DNA of 32,000 nt from Mycolicibacterium smegmatis (GTDB lineage: Bacteria > Actinomycetota > Actinomycetes > Mycobacteriales > Mycobacteriaceae), in the NCBI RefSeq assembly GCF_001457595.1, contig NZ_LN831039.1, positions 3,030,001 to 3,062,000 of the forward strand, read 5' to 3'. The position numbers were made by a program, and so were the translations under genes. Below, in pieces: positions 8,125 to 15,337 of this stretch (positions are counted from its first letter, which is position 1; the number at the start of each line of letters is the position of its first letter). The notes under the pieces were generated by a model that did not search any database, was not told where the DNA came from, and worked only from the letters and a program-made list of their open reading frames with translations.

Positions 8125-9095
8125 AAGCTGTCGTGGTGCACGGCGCCAACGATCTCCGGGTCGAAGAACTGCCGGATCCCGCGCCGGGCACGGGCGAGGT
8201 TCTCGTCGCGATGGAGTGGGGTGGGATCTGCGGATCCGACATCTCGTACTGGCGCCACGGATCCACCGGCACCGCCGTCCTGAAGCACCCCATGGTGCTC
8301 GGCCACGAGGTGGCGGGTCACATCGCGGGCGTCGGCGCCGGGGTCACCGGACTACGCGAGGGCGACCGGGTCACCATCCACCCGGCCACCGAATCGGGCG
8401 GATACTTCGGCTCGGCGGCCTTCGATCCGCACACCGACGGGGGCTTCTGCGGTCTGAAAGTGGTGCGCGCCGAGCAGATACGTCGACTTCCCGACGCGGT
8501 CGACACGGTGCGTGGCGCGCTCGCCGAGCCACTCGCGGTGGCGATGCACGCGGTGAACCGCGCCGGTACGGTACGCGGACGCGATGTCCTGGTGAACGGT
8601 GCGGGCCCCATCGGGGCGCTCGTGGTGGCGGCCGCCAAGTACGCGGGCGCTGCGAGCGTGGTGGCCGCGGACGTCGTCGAGGCACCACTGGCGATCGCAA
8701 AGGCGATGGGCGCCGACGGCGTCGTCAATCTCGCTGGCGGTGAACAACTTCCGTCCGACGTCGCGGTGGTGTTCGAGGCCTCGGGCGCAGTGGCCGCACT
8801 GGGCGGGGTGCTGCACGCCGCGGCGCGCAACGGCGTCGTGGTACAGGTGGGCAACCTGCCCGGCCAACCGACGCCGGCGAGCCTCGGCGACCTGGTCAGC
8901 CGGGAGCTCACCTGGATCGGGTCATTCCGGTTCGTCGACGAGATCACCGACGCCGTCGCGGCCCTGAACGACGGTCTCGACGTCACCCCGCTGATCACCC
9001 ACCGCTATCCGATCGACCACGCCGCGGAGGCGATCGCCGTCGCGGCCGATCGCAACACCGGCAGCGGCAAGGTGCTCATCCAACTGAACGGTTGA
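8121..9095 (+). CDS. Zn-dependent medium-chain dehydrogenase, L-idonate/L-gulonate 5-dehydrogenase-like
   Basis: The track ORF 8013..9095 is over-extended. GTG 8121 overlaps the transporter stop (GTGA) and gives VKAVVVHGANDLRVEE. Catalytic-zinc ligands are present in GGICGSD and LGHEVAG. FGSAAFDPHTDGGF resembles the IdnD stretch FGSAMYFPHVDGGF. The NAD fold is VNGAGPIG. Confidence 0.82.
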   Translation: MKAVVVHGANDLRVEELPDPAPGTGEVLVAMEWGGICGSDISYWRHGSTGTAVLKHPMVLGHEVAGHIAGVGAGVTGLREGDRVTIHPATESGGYFGSAAFDPHTDGGFCGLKVVRAEQIRRLPDAVDTVRGALAEPLAVAMHAVNRAGTVRGRDVLVNGAGPIGALVVAAAKYAGAASVVAADVVEAPLAIAKAMGADGVVNLAGGEQLPSDVAVVFEASGAVAALGGVLHAAARNGVVVQVGNLPGQPTPASLGDLVSRELTWIGSFRFVDEITDAVAALNDGLDVTPLITHRYPIDHAAEAIAVAADRNTGSGKVLIQLNG

Positions 9096-9939
9096 CACCC
9101 TGCGCGAACGGCGCGGTGAGATGCGTGAGCAACTGCACGGGCACGTCCTCCTGCAGCACGTGCCCGGCGTCGTCGATCCAGTGGAACTCGGCGTGCGGTA
9201 TCTGGTCGCGGATCCATTCGCCGTACTTCGGGGCCATGATCAGATCGTCACGGCCCCAGAGGATCTTCACCGGGATGTCGATGCCGGCGAGTTTGTCCTC
9301 GAAGACACGAGTGTCGTCCACCGAAAGCTGCTGGTACTGCCGGTAGAACGCGGCCTGACCGTCCGCGCCCAGCCACGGTTGCAGATACCGTTCCAGCACG
9401 CCAGGCCGGAAACCGCTGTGGGTGGCGCGCTGCAGATGGCTGGTGATCAGCGCACGGTGGGCATAGCCGGGCAGCGCCTCGAACACCCCGGCGTTTCGCC
9501 GCACCAGGTGGAAAAGTCCCATCTCCCAATCGGATCCGGTCACCGCGTCGAAGATCACCAGATCGCGGTAGGCGGCACCGTTCACCAGCGACGCGTGCAG
9601 TGCGATCGCCGCGCCGATGTCGTTCGCGATCATGCTCGGCCGCTTCAGCCCCCAGTGCTCCAGGAGATCGGCCAACCGCCGTGCCTGGGCGGCGATCGTG
9701 AGATCCTGTCCTTCGCGCTGCTCGGACTGACCGTAGCCGAGCAGATCGAACACGTACACCGACCGGTGCTGCGCGAGCGCCGGCGCGATGTCACGCCACA
9801 GGTAGGACGAGTACGGCGTGCCGTGCACCAGCACCACCGGTTCGTCCCCGGAACTGTCGGAACCGAGGCGCTGCCAGCGGATGACGCCCTCGGCGGTGTC
9901 GAATGTCTCTGTCAGATTCCAGTCCACATCGGGGCGCAT
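9076..9939 (-). CDS. Alpha/beta-fold hydrolase with Asp nucleophile (epoxide hydrolase/dehalogenase-like subgroup)
   Basis: 287 aa. It has an HGTP oxyanion motif, a nucleophile elbow A-N-D-I-G-A (Asp instead of Ser) and a C-terminal catalytic His in DDAGHV. ATG 9939 lies 17 bp downstream of the histidine-kinase stop on the same strand. The 3' end overlaps the convergent dehydrogenase gene by 20 bp. Confidence 0.8.
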   Translation of the reverse strand: MRPDVDWNLTETFDTAEGVIRWQRLGSDSSGDEPVVLVHGTPYSSYLWRDIAPALAQHRSVYVFDLLGYGQSEQREGQDLTIAAQARRLADLLEHWGLKRPSMIANDIGAAIALHASLVNGAAYRDLVIFDAVTGSDWEMGLFHLVRRNAGVFEALPGYAHRALITSHLQRATHSGFRPGVLERYLQPWLGADGQAAFYRQYQQLSVDDTRVFEDKLAGIDIPVKILWGRDDLIMAPKYGEWIRDQIPHAEFHWIDDAGHVLQEDVPVQLLTHLTAPFAQGVNRSVG

Positions 9940-9956
9940 ACCCCGCAGCCGATGGG

Positions 9957-11465
9957 CTAAACCGACGTCTTGTGCGGCGCGGTCACCGGGATGCTGGGCA
10001 GGCGGATGACGAAAGACGTTTTGCCGGAACCTGATTGGGCGGAAATCGTGCCGCCGTGCGCTTCGACGATGGACGCCGCGATCGACAGGCCCAGTCCGAA
10101 ACTACCTGCCGCGCGCGAGCGTGATTTGTCGGCGCGCACGAAACGCTCGAACAGGTGGGGCAGCAGATCAGGGTTGATCCCGGGGCCGTTGTCGGACACC
10201 GTCACCTCGGCATGGCTGGTGTCCCCGTTTCCGTGGACCACCAACGTGGTCTGCACCGACGTGCCCTCCGGCGTGTGCACCCGCGCGTTCGACAGCAGGT
10301 TGGCCAGCGTCTGGTGCAGGCGGGCGTGGTCGGCACGCACCCACACCGGGTCGTCGGGCACACGGACCGACCAGTGGTGCGTCGGCGCCGACACCGCGGC
10401 GTCGTTGACCGCATCGGCGACCAGCTCGGTGAGATCCACCTCGGTGGTGTCCAATTCCTGTCCCTCGTCGAGACGTGCCAGCAGCAGCAGGTCGGACACC
10501 AGCGAATTCATCCGCTGGGCCTCGGCCTCGATGCGTGCGAGTGAGTACTCGGTGGTCTCGGGCAGCACCGAGCTGTCCTGGCGGGTCAGCTCGGCGTAGC
10601 CGTGGATCGCGGCCAGCGGTGTCCGGAGTTCGTGGCTGGCGTCGGTGATGAACTGGCGCATGCGGCGGTCGGACGCGGCGACGTCGGCCAGGGCGCGTTC
10701 GACGTGGTCGAGCAGTTGGTTGAGGGTGTCGCCGACCCGGCCGACCTCGGTGCGGGGGTCGGTGTCGCATGCCGGCACCCGCGGGGTGATCGCGTGGTTC
10801 TCGCGGTCGAGGGGGAGCGTCGCCACCTCGGCGGCCGTGGCGGCCACCCGGCGCAGCGGCCGCAGTGCGAACCCGACGATCGCGATCGTGCTGATCGCGG
10901 TGAGGATCAGCGCCACGACCGTCATCGCCGAGACGATGCCGGTGACCCGCATCATCGCCTCCCACGCCGGTGTGTACGACACCGCGGTCACGAGCGACTC
11001 GTCGCCGTCGCCGGGATGGCTGACCACGCGGTACCACCCGAGTCCCGGAATGTCGACGTTGCGGGGGGTGGGTCCGGTGGTCGCAAGGTCCCGCAGGGTG
11101 TCGACGGCCGCGGGTGGAGCGGCCTGGGCGTCGCCGTCGGAGAAGAACGCCGAGTCGACCACCTCGCCGTCCTGGATGAGCGCGATGACGTTGCCCTCGG
11201 CCTGGCCCAGGACGTGGATCAGCGGTTTCATCGATCCTGGCGGAGGTACCTCGTCCTCCCCGGGCAGCGGGGTGGTCCGGTACTTGGTCACGGTCTTGCT
11301 GAAGCCGTCGGCGGCGCCCGCGAGTTGCGCGTCGATGAGTCCCACCATCGAGGACCGCAACGTGAAGACCGACAGGGTCCCGATCGTCGCGAGTGCGATC
11401 ATGACGACCGCCGAGACCCCGACCACGAGTTGGCGGCGCAGGGACCAGCTCTTCGGCGTACGCAT
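9957..11465 (-). CDS. Two-component sensor histidine kinase (HAMP-HisKA-HATPase)
   Basis: The track ORF is over-extended. ATG 11465 (MRTPKSWSLRRQLVVGVSAVVMIAL, TM1) shares one base with the regulator stop (TGATG). It has an H-box SHELRTPLAAIHGYAEL, an N-box LLSNARVHTP and G-boxes DNGPGI and GLGLSI. There are two TM segments flanking a roughly 150-aa extracytoplasmic domain. Confidence 0.9.
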   Translation of the reverse strand: MRTPKSWSLRRQLVVGVSAVVMIALATIGTLSVFTLRSSMVGLIDAQLAGAADGFSKTVTKYRTTPLPGEDEVPPPGSMKPLIHVLGQAEGNVIALIQDGEVVDSAFFSDGDAQAAPPAAVDTLRDLATTGPTPRNVDIPGLGWYRVVSHPGDGDESLVTAVSYTPAWEAMMRVTGIVSAMTVVALILTAISTIAIVGFALRPLRRVAATAAEVATLPLDRENHAITPRVPACDTDPRTEVGRVGDTLNQLLDHVERALADVAASDRRMRQFITDASHELRTPLAAIHGYAELTRQDSSVLPETTEYSLARIEAEAQRMNSLVSDLLLLARLDEGQELDTTEVDLTELVADAVNDAAVSAPTHHWSVRVPDDPVWVRADHARLHQTLANLLSNARVHTPEGTSVQTTLVVHGNGDTSHAEVTVSDNGPGINPDLLPHLFERFVRADKSRSRAAGSFGLGLSIAASIVEAHGGTISAQSGSGKTSFVIRLPSIPVTAPHKTSV

Positions 11466-12256
11466 CAGTCCGCCGGTCGCAGCATGTACCCCACACCCCG
11501 CACGGTGTGGATCATCGGCTCCCGGCCGGTGTCGATCTTCTTGCGCAGGTACGACACGTACAGGTCGACGATGCTGGTGCGCCCGCCGAAGTCGTACTCC
11601 CACACCTGCCGCAGGATGTCATCACGGCTCAGGGCCTTGCGCGGATGCCGCATGAGCACCCGCAGCAGCTGAAACTCGGTGGAGGTCAACGCGATCGGTG
11701 TGTCACCCCGGGTCACTGTGTGACTCGACGCGTCGAGCGTCAGGTCACCCACGCGCAGCGTCTCGTCGGCGGCGGGCGTCAGATAGGCCGTGCGGCGCAA
11801 CAGCCCCCTCAACCGTGCGACGAGTTCCTCCAACGAGAACGGTTTGGTCATGTAGTCGTCACCGCCGGCCGTGAGGCCCTCGACGCGGTCGGCCACCGAA
11901 TCGCGTGCGGTGAGGAACAGTGTGGGTGTGTAGGTGCCGAACGAGCGGATCTGTTCGAGCACGCCGAGGCCGTCGGTGTCGGGCAGCATGATGTCCAGCA
12001 CGAGCAGATCGGGCAGGTTGGCCCGGTACTTCTCGACGGCTTGTGCGGCGTCGTGCGCGACGTCGATCACCCAGCCCTCGTACTGCAATGCCATCTGCAC
12101 GAGGTTGGTGAGCGCGCGTTCGTCGTCGACGAGCAGGACACGGATCGGCGACCCGTCGGGACGGTACATCCGGGGGAGCTGACCCAGAATCGCTCGACGT
12201 GGCCGCGGGTTCTTGAGTTGCGCAGACGTCACGTCGTCATTTTCGTCCGCATTCAA
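11465..12256 (-). CDS. OmpR/PhoB-family response regulator with about 35-aa N-terminal extension
   Basis: Receiver motifs are VLLVDDE, LLVLDIMLPDTDG and YMTKPF; the winged helix is TVRGVGYMLR. The codon at 12256 is TTG. Alternative in-frame starts are GTG 12232 and ATG 12169. The extension (RRAILGQLPRMYRPDGSP) resembles what I recall of mycobacterial TrcR-type regulators, so I kept the long form. Confidence 0.85.
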   Translation of the reverse strand: MNADENDDVTSAQLKNPRPRRAILGQLPRMYRPDGSPIRVLLVDDERALTNLVQMALQYEGWVIDVAHDAAQAVEKYRANLPDLLVLDIMLPDTDGLGVLEQIRSFGTYTPTLFLTARDSVADRVEGLTAGGDDYMTKPFSLEELVARLRGLLRRTAYLTPAADETLRVGDLTLDASSHTVTRGDTPIALTSTEFQLLRVLMRHPRKALSRDDILRQVWEYDFGGRTSIVDLYVSYLRKKIDTGREPMIHTVRGVGYMLRPAD

Positions 12257-12268
12257 CCGCAGCTCACC

Positions 12269-12295
12269 GCCTTCATAGCGTTTTCATATGAAGGC
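12269..12295 (-). promoter_or_regulatory. AT-rich 9-bp inverted repeat / 11-bp-phased TTCATA direct repeat upstream of the response-regulator gene
   Basis: GCCTTCATA-gcgttttca-TATGAAGGC is perfect, with 9-bp arms and a 9-nt spacer. The same segment contains TTCATA at 12272 and 12283, an 11-bp period. It lies 13 nt upstream of the TTG at 12256. Confidence 0.35.
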
Positions 12296-12314
12296 CTGGC
12301 GGCGGTGCGAAAGG

Positions 12315-13013
12315 TCACGATGCCAACAGGGCCGTGACCGCGAACTTCTCCACCTCGGCGACATGGCCGCCGGTCCACACCACGAGCGTGACGGTTCCGG
12401 GTTGCGGTGCAATGGTGCTGACGGTGGCCGACCATGGCGCGGCCTCGCCGCCGGCCGCGACACAACAGTGCTCACCGAGCATCTGCTCAGGGCCGTTCTG
12501 GTGCACCCGCAGGCGCAGGCTCTCGTCGACGCCCGTGATCACACCACCCGCGTCGATCGCCGTGGAGACCGGACTTCCGTACGGAGGTGCGGTGAGCGTG
12601 AGCACGTCGTCGCGGCTGCCGACCACCTCCCACGGCGCGTCGGGAGCGGCCCCGTAGCGGGCGAGGTGGACCGTCGCGGCCGTCGTGGGCCGGTCGTTGG
12701 GCAGGACGTAACCCACACCCACCCAGGCCTCGTCGGCGTGCTCGGTGACGTCGGTGACCCGGTCGATCTCGGTGAAGCCCAGATAGTCGCGCGTGAACGA
12801 CAACGCGGTGGCCGACGGGTCGGCGTGCCACGGCGCGTGGCCGGCCGGGCCGCCCTCGCGCAGCCAGGTGTCGGCGTCGGCCTGCGACGCGAACGGCCAC
12901 AGCGGTTGGTAGGTGAACTCCTCGGCCGCGTTCGCGGTGCCGGGTGTGAGGCTCAGAGCGGCTGTCAGCAGGGTGGCACCGAGTACGCCGGCCATGCGTC
13001 GGGTCGTCGCCAT
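12315..13013 (-). CDS. Secreted protein of unknown function (cleavable signal peptide; C-terminal Ig-like/Gmad2-like domain possible)
   Basis: ATG 13013 gives MATTRRMAGVLGATLLTAALSLTPGTANA|AEE, a signal peptide with an AXA site and an RR pair. The track ORF starts 7 codons earlier at GTG 13034. Third codon positions are G/C-rich. The C-terminal roughly 90 aa (ITGVDESLRLRV...GTVTLVVW) looks like a beta-sandwich module, but I cannot confirm the domain call. Confidence 0.7.
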   Translation of the reverse strand: MATTRRMAGVLGATLLTAALSLTPGTANAAEEFTYQPLWPFASQADADTWLREGGPAGHAPWHADPSATALSFTRDYLGFTEIDRVTDVTEHADEAWVGVGYVLPNDRPTTAATVHLARYGAAPDAPWEVVGSRDDVLTLTAPPYGSPVSTAIDAGGVITGVDESLRLRVHQNGPEQMLGEHCCVAAGGEAAPWSATVSTIAPQPGTVTLVVWTGGHVAEVEKFAVTALLAS

Positions 13014-13040
13014 AGCCCCATCATGCGCGTTCACCCGTTC

Positions 13041-13100
13041 CGCGAGTGTGAAACGTCAGCGAGCTTCCGGCGATTTTCTCGCTGAGAGTTCACACTCGCG
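13041..13100 (-). terminator. Long interrupted hairpin (12 bp + 8 bp) 8 nt downstream of the SDR stop; candidate factor-independent terminator without a U-tract
   Basis: CGCGAGTGTGAA/TTCACACTCGCG (13041-52 pairs with 13089-100) and TCAGCGAG/CTCGCTGA (13056-63 pairs with 13078-85). They are separated by a 3x3 internal loop and close a 14-nt apical loop. No T/U run follows on either strand. Confidence 0.4.
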
Positions 13101-13107
13101 GACGCGA

Positions 13108-13905
13108 TCAGTAATTGACGGTGCCGAGCAGGCCACCGCCCACGGCCACGGCGTCCCCGGTGATGCTCACGCTGCGCGGCGAGGCGAGAAAGGCCACGAC
13201 ATCGGCCACTTCCGCGGCATCCACGACCCGCCCGATGGCGTTGTCGGCGATCTGCCGCTCGTAGTCGGCGACATCGATCCCGGCGGCCCTGGCCGCGGCC
13301 TCGAACTGGGCGGTCTTGCTCTCGGTGCGCGTCTGCCCGGGATGCACGACGGTGACGTTGATCCCGTGCGGTCCGAGTTCGTCGGCGAGGTTCTTGGTCA
13401 GCGCCGCCACACTGACGTTACGGATGCTGCGCACGATCGAATGGGTCTGCCGGTAGCCGAGCCCGCTGATGTTGATGATGCGGCCCCAACCTTGCGCCTT
13501 GAGATGCGGCGCGACGGCGCGCGCGGCGCGCAGATAGCCCACGACCTTCACGTTGACGTCGCCCCAGAACGCCTCGTCGGTGGTGCCCGCCAGATCCGGG
13601 AACGCCGCGCCGACCGCCTGATTCGATGCGTTGTTGACCAGGATGTCGACGCCGCCGAGTTCCTCGACGGCACGAGCGACGAGGGCCTTGACCGACTCGT
13701 CGTCCCCGGTGTCGGCGACGACGGGGATCGCCCGCCGCCCGGTGCGTTCGGCGACCTCGGCGGCGGCCTTCTCCAGGGTCTCCTGATTGCGCGCGGCGAG
13801 CACCACGTCGACGCCTTCGGCGGCCAGCGCGTGGGCGATCGCCAGGCCGATGCCTTTGCTGCCGCCGGTGATGATCGCGCGCTTGCCGGTCAGTTGCAGA
13901 TCCAT
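13108..13905 (-). CDS. Short-chain dehydrogenase/reductase-fold protein, non-canonical active site
   Basis: The track ORF is over-extended. ATG 13905 is preceded by AGGAGA at a 4-nt spacing and gives MDLQLTGKRAIITGGSKGIGLA (TGxxxGxG), plus NNAS and PG motifs. The canonical YxxxK is not present at the expected position (see findings). Confidence 0.85.
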   Translation of the reverse strand: MDLQLTGKRAIITGGSKGIGLAIAHALAAEGVDVVLAARNQETLEKAAAEVAERTGRRAIPVVADTGDDESVKALVARAVEELGGVDILVNNASNQAVGAAFPDLAGTTDEAFWGDVNVKVVGYLRAARAVAPHLKAQGWGRIINISGLGYRQTHSIVRSIRNVSVAALTKNLADELGPHGINVTVVHPGQTRTESKTAQFEAAARAAGIDVADYERQIADNAIGRVVDAAEVADVVAFLASPRSVSITGDAVAVGGGLLGTVNY

Positions 13906-13990
13906 GTCTCTCCTTGTGAGCACTCGCTTTTCGCCGAGCTCATCGTGTGGTGGGTCCGAGACGCGGACAAGGCATTCGATCGCCGGGATC

Positions 13991-14992
13991 TCAAAGGTGC
14001 TCCGGTGCGGCCGCGCCGGCAGTGATGTGGGAAAGTGCCTCGGCGGCGTCGAGCGATCGGGGCGGCCGACCGTGCCGGGCATGGTCGGCCGTCACCCGCT
14101 GGAGATATTCGTTGACCGGTGCGGACCGTCCGATCAGGCGTGCCTGCAGCGCGATTTCCCCGTTGAAATAGTCGGTTTCGACCTCGGTGTGGCCACGCGC
14201 GACGCTCTGCCAGGTGGAGCCGTGGACGTCGTCACGCACCCGGCCCGCGAGGAATCTGCCGCGCCGCTCGGTGTCCTGCTCGGGCGGCACCACCGGAATT
14301 CCCGCGGCGCCGAGCACTTCTTCGGCCTCCGCGCGTGCCTGTGCGGCGAGTTCATCGGCGGCCGGGCCCGGACGGAAAATCGCGGTCACCCCGTTGCCGA
14401 GGTTCATGATCAGCTTGCGGTGCTTCCACGCCATGATGTCGGGGCGGACCTCCGACAGGAACTGCGAGGCACGCAGCATGGCCGCGACGTCATGCGCCAC
14501 CGCGTCGGCACCGGAGGGGTAGCGCCCGAGATCCAAGATGCCCGCGAGCGGATGACTCTGCTGGACCACCACACCCGGTTCGAGGTGGGCCGCGGGCAAC
14601 ATGACCGTGACGCCGTACACATCGGCGAAGCGCCGCAGTATCGCCATCTCGTTCGCAACACCGTTCTGCGCCGCGAAGATTGCGGTGTGCGCGGGGGCGT
14701 GCGTGGCGAGATCGTCGAGAGCGGCACCGGTCTGATGGCTCTTGACCGCGAGGATCACGACGGGTTCGTCGCTCCAGTCGACCTCGCCGGCGTCGGCCGC
14801 GGCAGGAAGCGGCACGGTGCGCTCACCGGCCTGCGTCACCAGTTTGAGCCCGCCGGCCCGGATGGCACGCAGGTGGTCCCCACGGGCGACCGCGGTCACG
14901 TCGAAACCTCCGAGTCGTAGTTGGGCGGCGATGACACCCCCGACCGCTCCGGTTCCGTAGACGACGACGGGGTGCGGTGTGGTGTCGGTCAT
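13991..14992 (-). CDS. Ketopantoate reductase (PanE/ApbA) family oxidoreductase
   Basis: 333 aa. The N-terminal Rossmann motif is VVVYGTGAVGG. The central part (ILAVKSHQ, AAQNGV) and the C-terminal domain with WKHRKLIMNLGN are typical of 2-dehydropantoate 2-reductase family proteins. Located 85 bp upstream of the SDR on the same strand. Confidence 0.82.
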   Translation of the reverse strand: MTDTTPHPVVVYGTGAVGGVIAAQLRLGGFDVTAVARGDHLRAIRAGGLKLVTQAGERTVPLPAAADAGEVDWSDEPVVILAVKSHQTGAALDDLATHAPAHTAIFAAQNGVANEMAILRRFADVYGVTVMLPAAHLEPGVVVQQSHPLAGILDLGRYPSGADAVAHDVAAMLRASQFLSEVRPDIMAWKHRKLIMNLGNGVTAIFRPGPAADELAAQARAEAEEVLGAAGIPVVPPEQDTERRGRFLAGRVRDDVHGSTWQSVARGHTEVETDYFNGEIALQARLIGRSAPVNEYLQRVTADHARHGRPPRSLDAAEALSHITAGAAAPEHL

Positions 14993-15229
14993 CGAAAACT
15001 CGCTTCCGGTCAGACGTTGTACGCGCCGATTCCTGCGGCACGATCAGGAGCTTCACCTCCCGATTCTGCCGATCTCTGAGCGCGCGTGTTCTGCGGGATC
15101 GCTGTGCGTGCCTGAGGCTCGGCGACCGGCCCCTTTCAGCCGCATCGCAGCTGTCTCCCGGAATCGGTGCCGCGCCTGCATTTTCGTTCCCGGTGTGTCC
15201 GGACAGGCTCGGCCGGCAGCTGCCCGTTG

Positions 15230-15337
15230 CCTGTGGGAATCAACTGCGGGGAATCAGTGGATCACCACAGGGTGTTGCAGGGGCGGGATGGGGCACCATG
15301 AATCACCGCGGTTGTAAATCTGGTGTCCGTTCCCGCC
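15230..15337 (+). other. Two adjacent 14-bp hairpins (15230-15271 and 15282-15337) in a 407-bp intergenic region; candidate 5'-UTR element or small RNA
   Basis: Hairpin 1: CCTGTGG...CCACAGG extends to 14 bp with two small internal mismatches and an 8-nt loop. Hairpin 2: GGCGGGATGGGGCACC pairs with GGTGTCCGTTCCCGCC (13 Watson-Crick pairs plus one G-U that exists only in the plus-strand RNA) around a 24-nt loop containing the palindrome ACCGCGGT. GAATCA occurs three times (15238, 15251, 15300). Confidence 0.3.

Noticed and set aside
10168-11496. 442-aa alternative-frame ORF on the same strand as the histidine kinase
   Set aside because: The translation is extremely Arg/Gly/Pro-rich. The kinase frame carries all H/N/G boxes, so only one frame can be real.
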